A model generated the notes under the pieces. That model had not been told where the DNA came from and did no database searches. It saw only the letters and a list, made by a program, of their open reading frames with translations. A program made the translations under genes and the position numbers. 64,000 nt of DNA from Lama glama. Its lineage: Eukaryota. The stretch lies in NCBI GenBank assembly GCA_028534125.1, contig CM052818.1, forward strand, positions 17,920,001 to 17,984,000, read 5' to 3'. Of this stretch, positions 40,109 to 54,109 are shown piece after piece (position 1 is the stretch's first letter; every line of letters starts with the position of its first letter).

Positions 40109-40314
40109 TTATTATTATTATTATTATTATTTACAAATGCAGCTGAGAAGCATAAAAGTAGATCTTATAAATAGTGGTTGAATGTTTACTGGAAAGGCAG
40201 GAACAGATAATGAATAAAGCAAATATTTGGTGTCAGAAAGGCTCATCATGTTGATTTGTTTGGACATTTATGTAATAGTAATACTAGTGGTATTGTTGTT
40301 ACAGATAATAATGA

Positions 40315-40346
<32 letters not shown>
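40109..40346. repeat. Two separate (ATT)n microsatellites (~40109-40131 and ~40314-40346)
   Basis: Visible trinucleotide runs; the second explains the poly-N ORF artefact. Confidence 0.9.
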
Positions 40347-40347
<1 letters not shown>

Positions 40348-42074
40348 TTATTAATACTTCAACATACCATAAATTTGAAAAAGTGTACAATATTGACTGA
40401 TCCATTGAGCTACTGGCAAACTCTTCTCTTTCTAGTTTGACTGGTGCTTGTGAGAACATGTATCTCTCCTCAAGCACTGATAGAAAAAAGTTGGAAAAAG
40501 ACTGAACTCTGTTTTCTTTGACAGTATAAAGCAAGAAAGCTTAATTTTGGGAAAGAATAAAGAAAAGCCTACAATCAGGCTACTTTTTCAGAAGAGCCAA
40601 ATTCTAGAAAAGATAGCAAAGGAAATGCTGTACGCTCAGGAAAAAGAGAATTGATGCCTTAATGTTATTCAATCTATAGCAAGCTGATTGGCTATAAAAC
40701 AGGTTTCCTCTTTATTTAAAGGACGTTAATACCTCATTTTAATTTACTGCATTTAATTTATCACCCATTTATCATACACAGATAGCCTCTTAACATTTAT
40801 TACATAACATCTACAAAGAACACATCTGTAAAGGACCACTTGGCTTACTGCTGCCAGGAATAATCTCTTTATGCCTTTCCGCTTTTACAGCACTTCACAG
40901 TGACATGCTCAATGAGTTTCAGTGGTTTGAATTTACCATGTGAACATACCCCAAATGTGATAAGCTGTACAATTCACATATACACATGTTTCTCTGGAGA
41001 CGAGAAACATGATGCCAAAAGATTAGATTGAGTAGGAAAAAAAAAAAAGGGAAAACAGCCAACTAAAATATAGGATAAGAAAAATGCAAAAATCAGGGAG
41101 TCATGCAAAATAACTCTTCATATACAGTACAGAAATTTTTCTGGCATATACAATGCAGTGAAAATGAAATTAAACTGGTTTGAGCAATGGTTCAAAAATT
41201 TAGTCCAGGTTTCTCTAGTAATAAAATATGACCTTATACATGCTTTATAACTCAGTTTGTTTGTTCATCTATCTAAAAAGTACTAATGTTCTTGGAAGCA
41301 GAGAATAAACCACACAGGATCATCAGATACTAAAATGTATGAGAAGCCTTTGCAGGACAAGAGTTTTGAAATTCCACATGTAATTCAAAAATCCAAAAAG
41401 AAAAAAATAAATTTTCTTCTGCTGGTCTAGTACAGTAATCTAGATATTCATCTCCCAGCTAGACACACAGATTACCTTTCCAAAGCTATCTAAAAGTTCA
41501 TTATATGAAGATATTTTCTCATTTTCCTGATTAAATTTATTTTTATCAACTACCATACAGTTTGAATTTCTGTATCCTCTGCAATTGCAACACCAAAGCA
41601 ATATTATTTCCAACTTGTCATAAACTGAGAAAGGCAAAAAGATGAGTGGGAGATGAGGAAAGGGCTTTGCTGTGGAATTTATTATCTTAAATGCCAGAGG
41701 TGTAGTTTCCAGATAGCTTGACTGTAATGTGATTTATCATATTCAGTACCAGGAGGAGTGCAGAGATTTTACTAAATTCAGGGAGATAAGGCAGAAAACA
41801 ATAACTACAACAACCGCTGAAACATTAACTCAAATAGTATCAGGGAACTGTTAATGCCAGGGAAAGAAACGCAGTAGACATATCACTTACCATAAGGAGT
41901 CACCTTGGGGATTCTCAACATTGTATCTGTTTCACATCAAAAGGGAGCAGAGCTGAACTTCATCAATAACTTCAAATGCTGTTCAAAGTTCAAATATTAA
42001 GATCCTAAATGTGTGGAAAGAAGGAGAAAGCACTTTTCAGCTACAGCTTATTGACATCATAATTACTTCCATTA

Positions 42075-42537
42075 GTCTTATACTCGTTAGGGTACAGATT
42101 CATGTCTTGTAATGAAGGCCAGAGTATAAGTTTGTATATCCCTCACTGGCAGTCCAAAATAAATGGTCTAGGGCTTGTATGGTCATTTTATTGTATTAAG
42201 GGCCAAGGCCCTTTATTTACTGTTGCTAAATTATCCTCATTACATATTTGCCAGTCTCAGATAACTTCTCTTCAGCTCCTGCGAAGCCACTCACATTCAG
42301 CCAACCAGACGGAAGAAGTATGGAAAAAGGGAAGGGACAGGCACGATGCTTCTTTTAAAGGCAGAACCCATAAGCTATGATTACTCCGACTTAGAACCCA
42401 TGGGCCAGGGCACAGGCACATTTGATACAGAGGAAGCTAGGAATTATCTTTACAGCTGTGCAGCCGTATGCCTCACTAAAATTCTGTTACTATAAAAGGG
42501 TACAATGGCTCTCTAAAGGGGCAGCTATCAGTCTTGC
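42075..42537 (-). mobile_element. MLT1J-like MaLR LTR
   Basis: 'cacattcagccaacc..gaag', 'aggaagctaggaa', 'gggcagctatcagtcttgc' completed by 'caca' after the nested LTR. Confidence 0.6.
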
Positions 42538-43050
42538 TGTAACAGAGAAAAACAAATCTGACTCCATTTTATATCAGTTTCTTTAGCTCTAACCCTGTGC
42601 TCTGTTTGCTGTGCTAAGTCATCCTGGTTCTGCATCTTTTATAAAAGAACGTCACCTATAGCCTGAAATATACAGGATAGCCTATTCTCAGGCTCTGACC
42701 TTTAAGGGTATAACATTTTCCCACTCATACAGAGATAAAAAGTTGCAGAACAAAGAATAACATTTGTCCTGTTGGAGGATTACAAGAACATCTGACCTAT
42801 GTGGACAGTGGCAAGAACAAAGGATTCCAACACCAAGAAGTCTGCAACAAACAACCACACCCTATCCCCTTCTTGGTACAAAAGAAGCCTGAATTGTTAT
42901 TTGGATAAGATGGTTCTCTAGGACATTAATTGGCCATCTTCTCAATCTGCTGGCTTTCCAAACAAAGTTGTTATTCCTTGCCCCAAGATCTCATCTCCTG
43001 ATTTACTGGCCTGTTGTGCAGAGAGCAGAACGAGTTTGGACTTAGTAACA
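42538..43050 (+). mobile_element. Cetartiodactyl ERV1 solo LTR (513 bp)
   Basis: TGTAAC...GTAACA termini; perfect 4-bp TSD 'ttgc' at 42534-42537 and 43051-43054; 'aaatctgactccatttt' start motif. Confidence 0.85.
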
Positions 43051-44364
43051 TTGCCACAGTCCACTGCCTATCTCTCCCCTGGAAGTTCAAATTCCCTTTC
43101 CCACACATCAAACCAAAACATGGGGAGTCACACCAAGACTTGATGGAGAGGACCGCACAGCACCCAGAGGTGGACTTTGCACTGGATGCAACTTTGGAAT
43201 TTTCTCCTTTGTAGGGGAAGTGAATATTCCAAAGGAAATAATTCATCTTGATGTGGCTCATCATGTTCACAACAGTAAAACATAAAAGAAAATGAGACTT
43301 TCCCACCTCAACGTCAATCTAAAATGGTGGAAAAGGAATAGCACAAATGCTCTTAAAACTCTCTTTTGAGAGGAAGCACTGGAAATTCCTCCCAGTCACT
43401 GAACTACAGTAACCATCAAACCCCTCCAGGCAGGACTGGTGAAAAATCTGTTTTGTCACTGAATTAAGTTCCTTCATTAACACATACGTAGTGCATGACA
43501 ATGCCCCTAGATACTGTCACTGCGGTCCTTGGTTTTGTCCTTTGGGGGACTTTCCTTGTCCTTATCCTTCATAATCAAAACACTGGAGAGTATGTCCTTT
43601 TTAGAAGCTGGATATTTTGTGCAGTCCACATCATGATAGTACAGGTTTGAGGCCAGAGTTTTGCTGTAGGGTTAGAAAAATGACATGCCGTTGTAGGTAG
43701 CTTGTGTGTCTTTGGAAATAAAATTTCTTACAAAAGAAATGAGTAGGCTTCTAGCCAATTCTATCTACATGTAATTATAAGCAAAAAATCTCATCAAAAG
43801 ATTTTTTATTCTTAAATACCACAGACCTTAATCCACTGGCCTCTCTCACTCTACCTTTAATAGATTGAGAGCCCCACATTTTAATCTGATTCTTGCCCCT
43901 GAGCTCATTTTCACTGCCTGGCTGGAAACTTAATAGGCCATGCTTAGGAAAAGACGTGAGGTTACCGTTTTATCTGCTACTAAGGCTGCCTTGCCAGAGC
44001 CACCTGTGCTAGGCTGATGAACTGATAAAAACAGAAGAAATAAATAAATAAACAAAAGAAGCTAACAGAGTAATAATTAAGGTTTTCCAACCAAATCTAC
44101 TATAGTTATAAGCTCCAGTTGCTGGTCTGCTTTCCTAGGTATCTCAAGCAACCATGTAGTGAAATGTATTTGCCTGTGTAACAAAGGTTACACAGCTTGC
44201 CGTTCCTTATTGATTTCTAGCAATCACAAAAAGAGAACCACATACTTTAGACTGCTTTTTTAAAAATGTTAGCATGCGCACATCTGAATTTTATAAATTT
44301 GTAAATGTTACCAGTAAGGGGAATGAAAGAATAGAGACATTTATATCTTTCTCAATAACTATCC

Positions 44365-45128
44365 AGACATCCGAAGTGAATACAGAGAAAGCAGAAGAAA
44401 GGAAATAACAAAAGCAAGAGACATGTATTACACAGAAAATAACCTAAAATAGTAGAGGAGATGAACAAAGTCCAAAGTTGTTTCTCATAAATGACTAATA
44501 ATTTTAGCAAAGCTCTGGAAAAACTGAAGAAGCGAAACAGAGAAGGGAGACATGGCTAAATGTCAGAATTTAGTATTTAGACACAGTAGGTGTTGCACAT
44601 ATTAAGAGTAATAAAGAACCTGTTATGAAAAATGTCATTCCAGTACATTTTAAACTCAAATACAAAGACCATATTCTTAGAAAAATTAACATCACTGATA
44701 CTAACTCAAGAAATAGAAAAGTTCACAGACCTACCACCACTAAAGAAACTAAATTAGTCAAAAAATATTTGCACAAAGAAAAATTAAGCTCTAGGTAGAT
44801 TCCTCCAGAGTTTTGTCAAATATTTAAGGAAAAAATTCAAAGTCTCTGCAATTTCTTCTAGTGAATAAGTAAAGAGGAAATACTATTCAACTCATGTAAT
44901 GAAGCTGGCATTATCCTGGTACCAAACCTGACAAGATCATTTTGTGAATAAAAATGGCATACCAATTCACTTGTGAACATAGATGAAAGTAACTGTGAAG
45001 ATGTTAGCAAGATGTGAAAGGTATAATAACTTATGACCAAGCTGAGTTTATCCCAGGAATAACAATTGATTTCACATTAGAAAACTAACAAATGAAATCC
45101 TCCAGAATCTACACAAGTGAAAAATGAA
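44365..45128 (+). mobile_element. Ancient L1 ORF2 fragment
   Basis: 'caactcatgtaatgaagctggcattatcctggtaccaaacctgacaag', 'atgaccaagctgagtttatcccaggaat'. Confidence 0.75.
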
Positions 45129-45139
45129 AGGTTTAGTGG

Positions 45140-45645
45140 AAAGAGAACAGTTTTGCTTCACGATATAGAATCGCAGCCTCTCTTCCAGTTCTAAGACTTG
45201 AGCCAATTCATAGCCCTGGAATGTTTGCACAAGGAAGAGGCCAGCACTTGTTGCCTTATGTGTATCCAGTAATTTTCTTTCTATCCTTCTACTAAGGGCC
45301 ATGCAATTATTTACCAAGTTGATTGTACCCAAGGAAGAGGAAAACAGACTTTTCTAGGGTGAGATGTTGATTCTGAACTAAGATAAACCCTGGAAAATGA
45401 AACACTTCTGTGGCCTATCCATCAGAGAGGATGTTTATGGAAGTCAGGAGATAAGCAAAATTTTGGCCTAAATTTATAATGCAGTGGACCAAGCGAGTCT
45501 GTAAAAGCCCTTATTAGTGATTTCCTCAATTCCTGGATGCACCCAAAACATACCCAATAAGCAGATTCCCCATGTTGCCTCACTGACCCGAGGAGTAAAG
45601 CCTACTATGCTAGAAAGGACCAGTAACTCTGGAAGTAATCCATTT
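45140..45645 (+). mobile_element. ERVL internal fragment (gag end/protease region), decayed
   Basis: 'agacttgagccaattca', 'cagacttttc', 'tttatggaagtcagg', 'gcagattccccatgttg..ctgacccgaggagtaaag' track the recalled ERVL-int consensus. Confidence 0.75.
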
Positions 45646-45842
45646 TCCAAAAAACTGGAACCATGTTGTTTTATTTCCATATAACACAAGTAATACATGA
45701 ATACAAGCTTTTTTTTTAATTGAGAAAATATTATTATATAAGAATAAAAAATGAAAATACCCTTTATCGCAGGCCTTGATCGTCTACTTGCACACCACTT
45801 AACCTCCCCGTATTCAGCAGAACTGGGGACTACAGGATCCAC

Positions 45843-47045
45843 TTTTTTTTTTTTAATGTAGTAAAAACACATAATATGGAATCTATTCTCCGCAAATTTT
45901 TAAGCACACAGTAAAGCATTGTTGTAAAGCGAATCTCTAGAACTTTTTCATTTGGCACGAATAAAATGTTCCTATACTGAACAGCAACCCCCACGATCCC
46001 TTCCCCCCAGACTCTGGCAACCACCATTCTGCTTTCTGCTTTTATGGATTTAAGTAGCTACCTCATATAAAAGGAATCATGGATTACCTGTCCTTCTGTA
46101 ACTGACTTATTTCACTTGGCATAATGTCCTCAAGTTTTTTTTATATTATAGCTTATGACAGGATTTCCTTCTTTTATAAGGCTAAATAATATTCCATTAT
46201 ACATATACACCAACAGTACACAAGGTTTCTGATTTCCCCTCATCCTTGGCAATACTTGTTATTTTCTGTTTTCTTGATAAAGACCATTCTAACAGCTGTG
46301 AGATAATATCTTATAGTTTTGATTTGCATTTCCCTGATAATTAGTAATATTCAGCATGTTTTCAAATATCTGCTGGCTTTTCGTTTGTTTTCTTTGGGGA
46401 AATGCCTGTTCAAGTCCTTTGTCCATTTTTACGTCAAGTTATTTGTTTTTCTGCTGTTTAGTTGTAGGAGTTCCTTATTATTATATATTAAATATTAATA
46501 TATTTATAAATATGGTAAAATATTAATACATTTGTAAGTATACATTTGCAAATATATTAAAATATATTAATATATTTTGGATATTAACCTATTATGAGCT
46601 ATTACTAGTTGCAAATATTTTCTCCCATTCCATAAGTTTCTTTCTGCTCCATTATTTCCTTTGCTGCACAGGAGCTTTTCAGTTCGATGTAGTCCCACTT
46701 GTCTATTTTTGCTTTTGCTGCCTGTGTTTTCATGTCATATACAAGAAACCCTGCCAATACCAATGTTAGAGCTTTTCTTCTATGTTTTCTTGTATGAATT
46801 TTATACTTTCAGGTCTTATATTTAAGTCTTTAATCCATGTTGAGGTGATTTTTGTGATGGTGTAAGGGTCCAAGTTCATTCTTTTGCACGTGGATATCCA
46901 ATGCTCCCAAATCTGTTTGTCAAAGGGACTGTCCTTTCCCCACTGTGCAGCCTCGTCAAGAGCATTTGACAGTATATAAGTGAGTTTGTTTCTGGGCTTT
47001 CTATTCTTTTCCTTTGGTTTATGAATCTATTTTGTGTCAGTTCCT
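45843..47045 (-). mobile_element. L1MA-like 3' portion, containing an AT-rich insertion at ~46480-46575
   Basis: 'ctctggcaaccaccattctgctttc', 'gtagtcccacttgtctatttttgc'; peptide RIESPETNSLIYCQ. Confidence 0.88.
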
Positions 47046-47054
47046 TACTGTTTT

Positions 47055-47240
47055 TGTTACCAACCCGGTGACCCCTTAACGAGTCCTTGCCTTGCAGTCG
47101 CAAATGTCAATCAAACAAAACTGGGTTCAACATAGCAAAGCAAAAACTTTATTCGTTGCTCAAGGAACAGAGAAGGGAGAGCTTTCACTCTAAAGACACC
47201 CCTTCTCTTTCCTCTGAAGGGCTGGTGTGCACAGGCTTCC
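47055..47240 (-). mobile_element. ERV1-type LTR fragment
   Basis: 'tgttaccaacc' terminus and antisense AATAAA ('tttatt') ~95 bp inside. Confidence 0.5.
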
Positions 47241-48039
47241 ACCAAGTTTGCATTGCCCAAAAAGTCCTTACCTAGTGTGGCTCTGCTGAAATGTGATGAG
47301 GTATGCACCTGTCCCCACTTCCCGTTTCTCCGTGTTGTGAGGAAAATTTACTCCTGGATAGTTGGAAATACTTTGAAATTTTATTTTTCAAAAGTAGCTT
47401 ATAAACACTGTGAAGTTTCACACTTCAGTGCTCCATATACTCTTTATGAATCAATCACAAAGTTGCATCAGGCAACAGTCATATGCCACCTCTTAGAGCT
47501 GACGGCTCCAGAATGGATATAAAAGTAGGATATTAAGAAGACAGAGATGAGGCCCAGCAAGTGAGCTCCAGCTGTCTCAAAAGGCAGTTTCTGTAAAGTA
47601 CTGGATTATTACTAGATTTTCTTTTTATCTACAAAGGACCCAAGGCTCTGACGTAGTAATTACCCATGTTAATGTGAGGAAACCATCTAGTACATTCCTT
47701 TGGTCTGACAGTGCTTCTATTTCATAAGCATGAGTCTCCCGGGAAGCCCTTCTCAATCTTGTTAATCTACAGTGTCATTAGGGAGTCGTTTCTATATGGA
47801 CAATGTAGAACAATGAACAATGCAGCACTGTTCTATGTGAACAATATACAAGAAACGTTAACTGCCTGCTATTGGCATACAATTCATGTATGATATCCTT
47901 AGTGGTCAACACTATTTAAGTTGTCCAGTTATTTTCTGTGTATTTTCGATCTTTCCATGAGGATACCTCCCAAATTAGATAAGGGATTCTCAAACTTACA
48001 CATTTAAAGTAGATTATTTTCAGTTTCCTGGTCTCTGCC

Positions 48040-48152
48040 TTTGGAATACCTGACTTAGTAAAAATGAGATGGAACCTAGAAACCAGTATTTTTAGCAAGT
48101 CCCCAAGTGTTTCTGAGATGGGAGTCCAGGGGTCTACACATGGAAAAACTAT
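48040..48152. mobile_element. MER5-like hAT-Charlie fragment
   Basis: 'tatttttagcaagtccccaagtgtttctga'. Confidence 0.55.
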
Positions 48153-51100
48153 CTTAATTTGATAGTATTTTGATGTTTCTGGGTGTTTCATATCACACAG
48201 AAAAACATCTGCTTTATTGAACGCATTTCCCAGGCTGCTTCAAGATCGTGGGTTGTCATGTAGCACAGCCTGAGTATTGACAGGTATGAGAACCTCCTAC
48301 CTTGCAGCCAGAAAGTGAGTTCTGCCAGTCCTTTCAGCTGCAGGCAGGGCTGTCAGAAGATTAGAAGTGGTAATTATTATTCCACTGGTCTGAAAGGGTC
48401 TTTATCTGCTGCTGAGTAGCTCTTAGGAAGCGGTAGAATAGTCACCATTTTTTGAAAATAACAAAAAAAGAAAATGTTCCCTGTTTGATTTTGAGTGCTG
48501 AACATCCATGGATCCTTAGACTCAAAGGGCAAGTGCATTAATGCTGGGTGGTACTTTCCTTCACAAAGTGCGGTTTGAGATACAGAAAAATGGGAGAGAA
48601 TGATACGCAATGATCCCAAGTGGAATCTCACTTATTGCCGTATGCCTGTACAGTACTCAGCTCTAGCATATTAAGTTCCTTGTATTTATTAATATTCAAT
48701 TCATATCCAGTCAGGGTACCAAGGTTCACATATTTGTTCTTCCTCTGCTAAATGAATTTTTTTTTTCCTTAAACTACTTGCATCTAGGACAAGGTTCGGG
48801 GATAATACTCAGAAATTAGTCTAATTTTTGGCTTAAGTAGTATTCAGTAAACTTTGTTTAGATTCTACCAGAGCATCTGCCCACTGTTTCCTGTAATCCT
48901 AGACCATCAAGATTGCTTTCTGGGGAGTCTGCTCATTAAAATGGGCCTTGTAAGATAATTTCATCTCTGAGGGGTAAGTCTCATATATTTTGCCTGTACT
49001 TTACCGAAGAATCTTGTCTATTGCTTTGGAAAATTTGGTCAACTAACAATGGCTGCCTAATTCCTAATTACACTCCCTCCAATGATCACTGTAACTTGAA
49101 TATACTTTATTCATTCAGCAATATGTTACAGTTTTTGTCACAAAGATCCTATTCCTTCTTGTACCACAGTTATTTACGTCCCCAGCTTTTTCTTCCCTAA
49201 TTAATACTGATGTCATGTATTCTCTTAATATTCTTACATTTTTTTCTTCACTTAATCTTTTGCATATGGTAGGTGCTCAAGATACATTAAATTATTTGAC
49301 TATGTTTATTTCTGTATCGACCTTCTTTTTTTAATGATGGTTCACTTTTTAAAGATTTTTATAGAAACTCCCATTATCATTGTAAATTTCTCTAAAAGGA
49401 AGATTACCTGATAGCTTGATTAACCAGAATACCTCTTATAAATGGGAGCTAAACCTACTATATCTTGCTACACATTATTTAAAGAACTAGGTATTTGTAA
49501 CTAGATCTCCAATTAAAACCAAAATAGACCTGAGATACTGAGAATATTTATGAGAGGAAATGAGGTCAGATTATTTGTTTATCAGTAAATGAAATCCTAT
49601 CTGATGAAAAGATCAAGAATTAGAAGTTAGTGATTCTTTTTTAAAAAAATCTATTTTACAGTTTACATCTCACATGACATAGCTATCTGGTATCCATTTT
49701 TTATCTGAAAGTAACACTATAAAGTTTACTACCCACTTATATGATGGCTTATAAAACAAATCAATATATCATTGTCCATAACACTTATGAACAGTCTGAT
49801 ACTGGCACAGCAATGCACAATACTGTACATAAAAAGGTATCTGTCCACCAGCTAAGCTCCCATAGAACTGATCAGGAGATGAGCAATCTCAGAATACCAC
49901 AGGCATGCTAAGTCTGCCTTTGCTTAGCCTGGCAGATCTCATTTTAAGATTTGGGTTTTTTCACAGTGCTTTTCAGACCTTCCCCAGGTAAGCGAGCTTG
50001 CTACCACTGCTCTCTGTATGCACGGTGGTTCTGCCGTTTGTAACTGTGCTGTGGTAGGCACTTAATAAAGCATCCCTCCTGCTGCCTTTGAGCCTATCAA
50101 CCGGCAGTTGTTTAAGTATTCTGTTATCATCCGTCTCCTCACGTATCCTACCCAGAAGAGTTATGCTTCAATATGCATTGCTTCAAAGTGGATATACTGG
50201 CTGCCCTCCAGGTTCTCACTGCTGGTGATTCCGTCTTGCCATTTAATTAAATACAACTTCCCAATAAAGCTTCTCTGGAAACCATTTATAGAGTCCCGAG
50301 CCACATGAGCTCTTCACCCTGTACACAATGACAGAGCCATAGACTTTCAGTTCCGTTCAGAGTTTGGGGCAAACTGAGATAGACATGTCTCTCCCAGCTG
50401 ATCAGAAGACACCATGATATCTCTGACTCCTCTGCCTGAACAATTCTGGTATGTCTACTCAACATCAGTTTGTGTCAGATATGTGCTATATGTTTGGGAC
50501 ACTCAAAGATAATTAAAGTCTGTGCCTCAAGGACCACATCATCTTGTAATTTGGGTGAAATACAACAAATGCGATACAATAGAGATTTGCAAATTATACT
50601 TGGGAAGAAGAGAGGAAGAAGGAGCTCTGCCTAACAGAATAGGCAGAAAAAGTAAAGCAAAGATGAAACCAGCCTTTAGAAGGCAGACAGTGTAAAAGGT
50701 TTGACAAAATGGCCCATTCCCACCAAGAGTGAGAAGTAATCTCTAAGAAAGGATGTGTGTGCCTGGTGAAAATTTAGTGGAGAAGACCAATAAGGAAGCA
50801 CAGTTTAGCTCTTCCAGACCGTGATTTCTCTTAATTTATCCGCAGGAGAAGAGCCTAATCCCATAAATTTACAATTAATAAAAACGTCCAAAGACAGTAA
50901 GTAATTTCCCTAGTGCACACAACTAGTTAGTAACATTTGGGGTCTAGAATGCAGATTTCCTGTCTGAAGTGGGGTTATAAAAAAGCAGAGGGTATATCCC
51001 AGTGGTACAATGTTTGAACTAAGTATGTTCCCCTCTCAGCCTCTGCAGAGACCTTTTCAATACAGACGAATCAGGATTTGGAATTAAATGATTTCTCACT

Positions 51101-51329
51101 TACCAACACTGGAAATACCAGGCATTTTGTGATGACTAAGTCTTCCATTATAGTGAGCTGAATAAAGTAATGACATTAATTCTGTCTTTAGTCAGAGACC
51201 ATTATATATACCAAATTAAACCCCATCTCAAAAATCTAATACCTATGAAGTTTTTTATACAAACCAAGCAAATAGTTATTAAAAACATCATGTCAATGGA
51301 GAACAGTTTTTAACTTAATTTCTCTGGGG

Positions 51330-52450
51330 TCTCTAACACTGTTGATCACACGTCTTCCATTTTCAAAACTGTTATTTATGTTTATATTTTTGATACCACT
51401 CTACTACTCTCTCCTGCTTTTCCCTCAGCTTCTGTTTGTGGTTTCTCACTAATCGTATAGGGTTCCTTTTTCTCTTTTCTTTCCTTAAATCTTGGCAGTA
51501 ATTTGATCTCCGTCCTTAGCTTCCCCCACCCCACACTTTATTTTGGGGGAGTTTTACCTAAATGCATAGCTTCTCAAAGAGTTATTTTTCATTTGACCAC
51601 TTGCCCAATGCTAGAAAGTATCCAACTGCCATTTCTGCTTGAATGCCTCAAGGGGCCTTAATCCAAAGATGTGTAAAATCTAACATTATCTTCTTCTTTA
51701 AACCTGCTCTTCCTCCTGTATCCCGTCTTTCAAAATGCATCACCACTGACCTCACTGGCCAAGCCAGAAACCTGGGAGCCATCTTAGACCCCTCTTGTCT
51801 ACCCACTCCTTAGTCAACAAGTGCTCTAAATTCTACTTTTGGTTGAATTCCACACGTTCTACACCCAATGCAAATTCTTTTGTTCATGCCCCAATTTCTT
51901 CTTGCCTGGATAATTGCAGCTGCCACATAATTTATCTGTGCCTTATTCCTCTCTTCTCCATCCTCCTCTGAACATCTGCAGAGAACTTTCCAATACATGA
52001 ATGTGATTAAAATTCTTCAATGCTCCCAGGTTGCTGTCAGTCTAAAATTCAAACACCTAAACTTAGTTGCACGGGCCTTCAACGTTTACCCCTGACTTAG
52101 TCTCTCTGCACAATCTCATATGCATCCCTCATCCTATGTGTATCAGTTGCCTTAAAATCTCTAAACATATTAAGCTACCTCCTGCCCCCACCACCTTCAC
52201 TTGCTGTCCCTTCTCTGGTGCTTCCCTATCCTTTCACTTCCTTCCTCAGGCAGGTTATTTCCACTGATCCTTCAAATCCCGGCTCAAGTGCCATCTTCTT
52301 AGGGAAACCTTTGATTTGGGAGCCCTGTTTTCCGGGAGCATCTGGTGCTTCACTCCATCACGCAGGATGGCTTCTTCTGTGTAATCTATCATGACTGTAA
52401 ATTCCCTGAGGTCAAGAATGGATCTTCCTTGGTTGTGCATACTTACAGCA
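51330..52450 (+). mobile_element. L2 fragment
   Basis: 'aaacctgctcttcctcctg', 'caagccagaaacctgggagccatcttaga', 'ttgcctggataattgcagc', 'gactgtaaattccctgaggtcaag'. Confidence 0.8.
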
Positions 52451-52779
52451 CAAAGCCTAGAATATAGATGACTGAGGATCTCATTTAAGCAAGCGTAACA
52501 GAAGCAGCAGAAAAAGAATTCTAAAAATGGATTTATTTAAGATTTCTCTCAGACATTCAAGTAGAGACAAAAATGTGAGATTGACACTAAGTGAGAAAAG
52601 TTGGCAGGTGATAGATATGAACCACTGTTGATTAGAGAGGATGTGTATGAAGAGGGGTAATACTTGTATCTAACCCTGCAGATATACTGTGACTCAAAGT
52701 AAGTAGCAAGTCCCTTGAGGGATAAAATATTTATTTTAATTTAAATAAACAGGAATTTCTGTTTAGAGCAGCTCAAGAA

Positions 52780-52862
52780 AATTTTTATTTAGTCTCTTCT
52801 GTATATCAGGCCCTGTGTTCTTCCCTGGAGATACAAAGATGAATAAGATGCTTACAGTCTAG
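52780..52862 (-). mobile_element. L2 3' end (left part, split by L1)
   Basis: 'caggccctgtgtt..ctggagatacaaagatgaataaga..gcttacagtctag'. Confidence 0.7.
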
Positions 52863-54109
52863 GGAGATCAAGATGGTGGAGAAGAGGGATGTAGAGCTCA
52901 ACTCCCCCTACAAATACATCAAAAACAAATTTGCACTTGGAACAATTCTCACAGAATACCAACTGAAATTAGGCAGAAGAGCTCATATAACTAAAGCTAC
53001 AAGAAAGAGCTCCACATCACCAAATAGGACTAAAAGGGAAAAGAAAAAAAAAGAGGGGACTTGAGACAGGACCTGTCCTCTGGGAGGGAGCTGTGAAAGA
53101 GGAAAGGCTTCCTCACCCTGGGAACCTCCATTGCCAACTGGGAGGTCCACCAGGACAGACAGCGAGCTGCAGGGGCCTGGAATTCGTCTGACAGGAGTGT
53201 GCACAGGCTGGCTTGCTACCAAGCAGGACAGAGTGCTGTACCAACACTGCTGACGGCTGCCACGTCCCCACACTTCTCATCCCTGGAAAGGCGCCTGCTG
53301 GTGTGTGCGGTGGCTGGGTGCTCAATCTCGGGCTTCAGTGGGCAGAAACGGGAAGAGGACTTGGTTGTACTACACAGAAACAACATAAAGGCCTGGAGTG
53401 TAATCCAGGCTGCAACTGGGGGTACATGATGGATGGAGAATGGTCTAGTACAGGAGCCCCATTATCAGTCTGAAGAGTGGGGCAGGGATGGATCTGCCAC
53501 TGAAGCCTGTAAGCCCGCTCACAGCAGGATGTGGCTTCCGCAGGCTTTGAGGGCTCACACACTGTGAACATGCACACAACAAAGGCAGGTGGGGCTGATA
53601 CACAAGCCAGTTATGGGCACTAATACAGTGGAGATAAGTCTGATTCTGTGGGCACACACATCAGGTGGTGGGCAATGTAACAGAGTTGCATGTCCCAGTA
53701 GACAGCTAGAGAGGAACACACAGCAACTCCTTTCCCTAAGAGCACTCCAGTCCCACCTGCCTCACACTGCAGCTTAGAACCACATCTGGGGGCTTCTACT
53801 CCAACAACTGAGGATAAGATTCTGCCCCCAACAAGGCTGGGACAACCACAGAGCAAAGAGGAGGCCCACCAAAACATCCAGCGCAGGCTCTGGTCATCAC
53901 AGCACCAAACACACCCCCAACAAGAGGACAAAGGCCAGCACACACTGAGGAAAGATGTGGCAGTCATCCATACCAAAAAGAGCCCTGACACCAAAAATAC
54001 TAAATTCACACAGGCTACACAGGGATACTGTCACATAAAAACAACCTTTCAAGACCACAGTGGATAACTGTTTCCCATAAATTCATAGAGTCAGAGAAAT
54101 ACAAGTAAC

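Noticed and set aside
40985..41011. Perfect 10-bp inverted repeat CATGTTTCTC/GAGAAACATG
   Set aside because: Isolated, too short for a pre-miRNA or MITE, and without supporting context.
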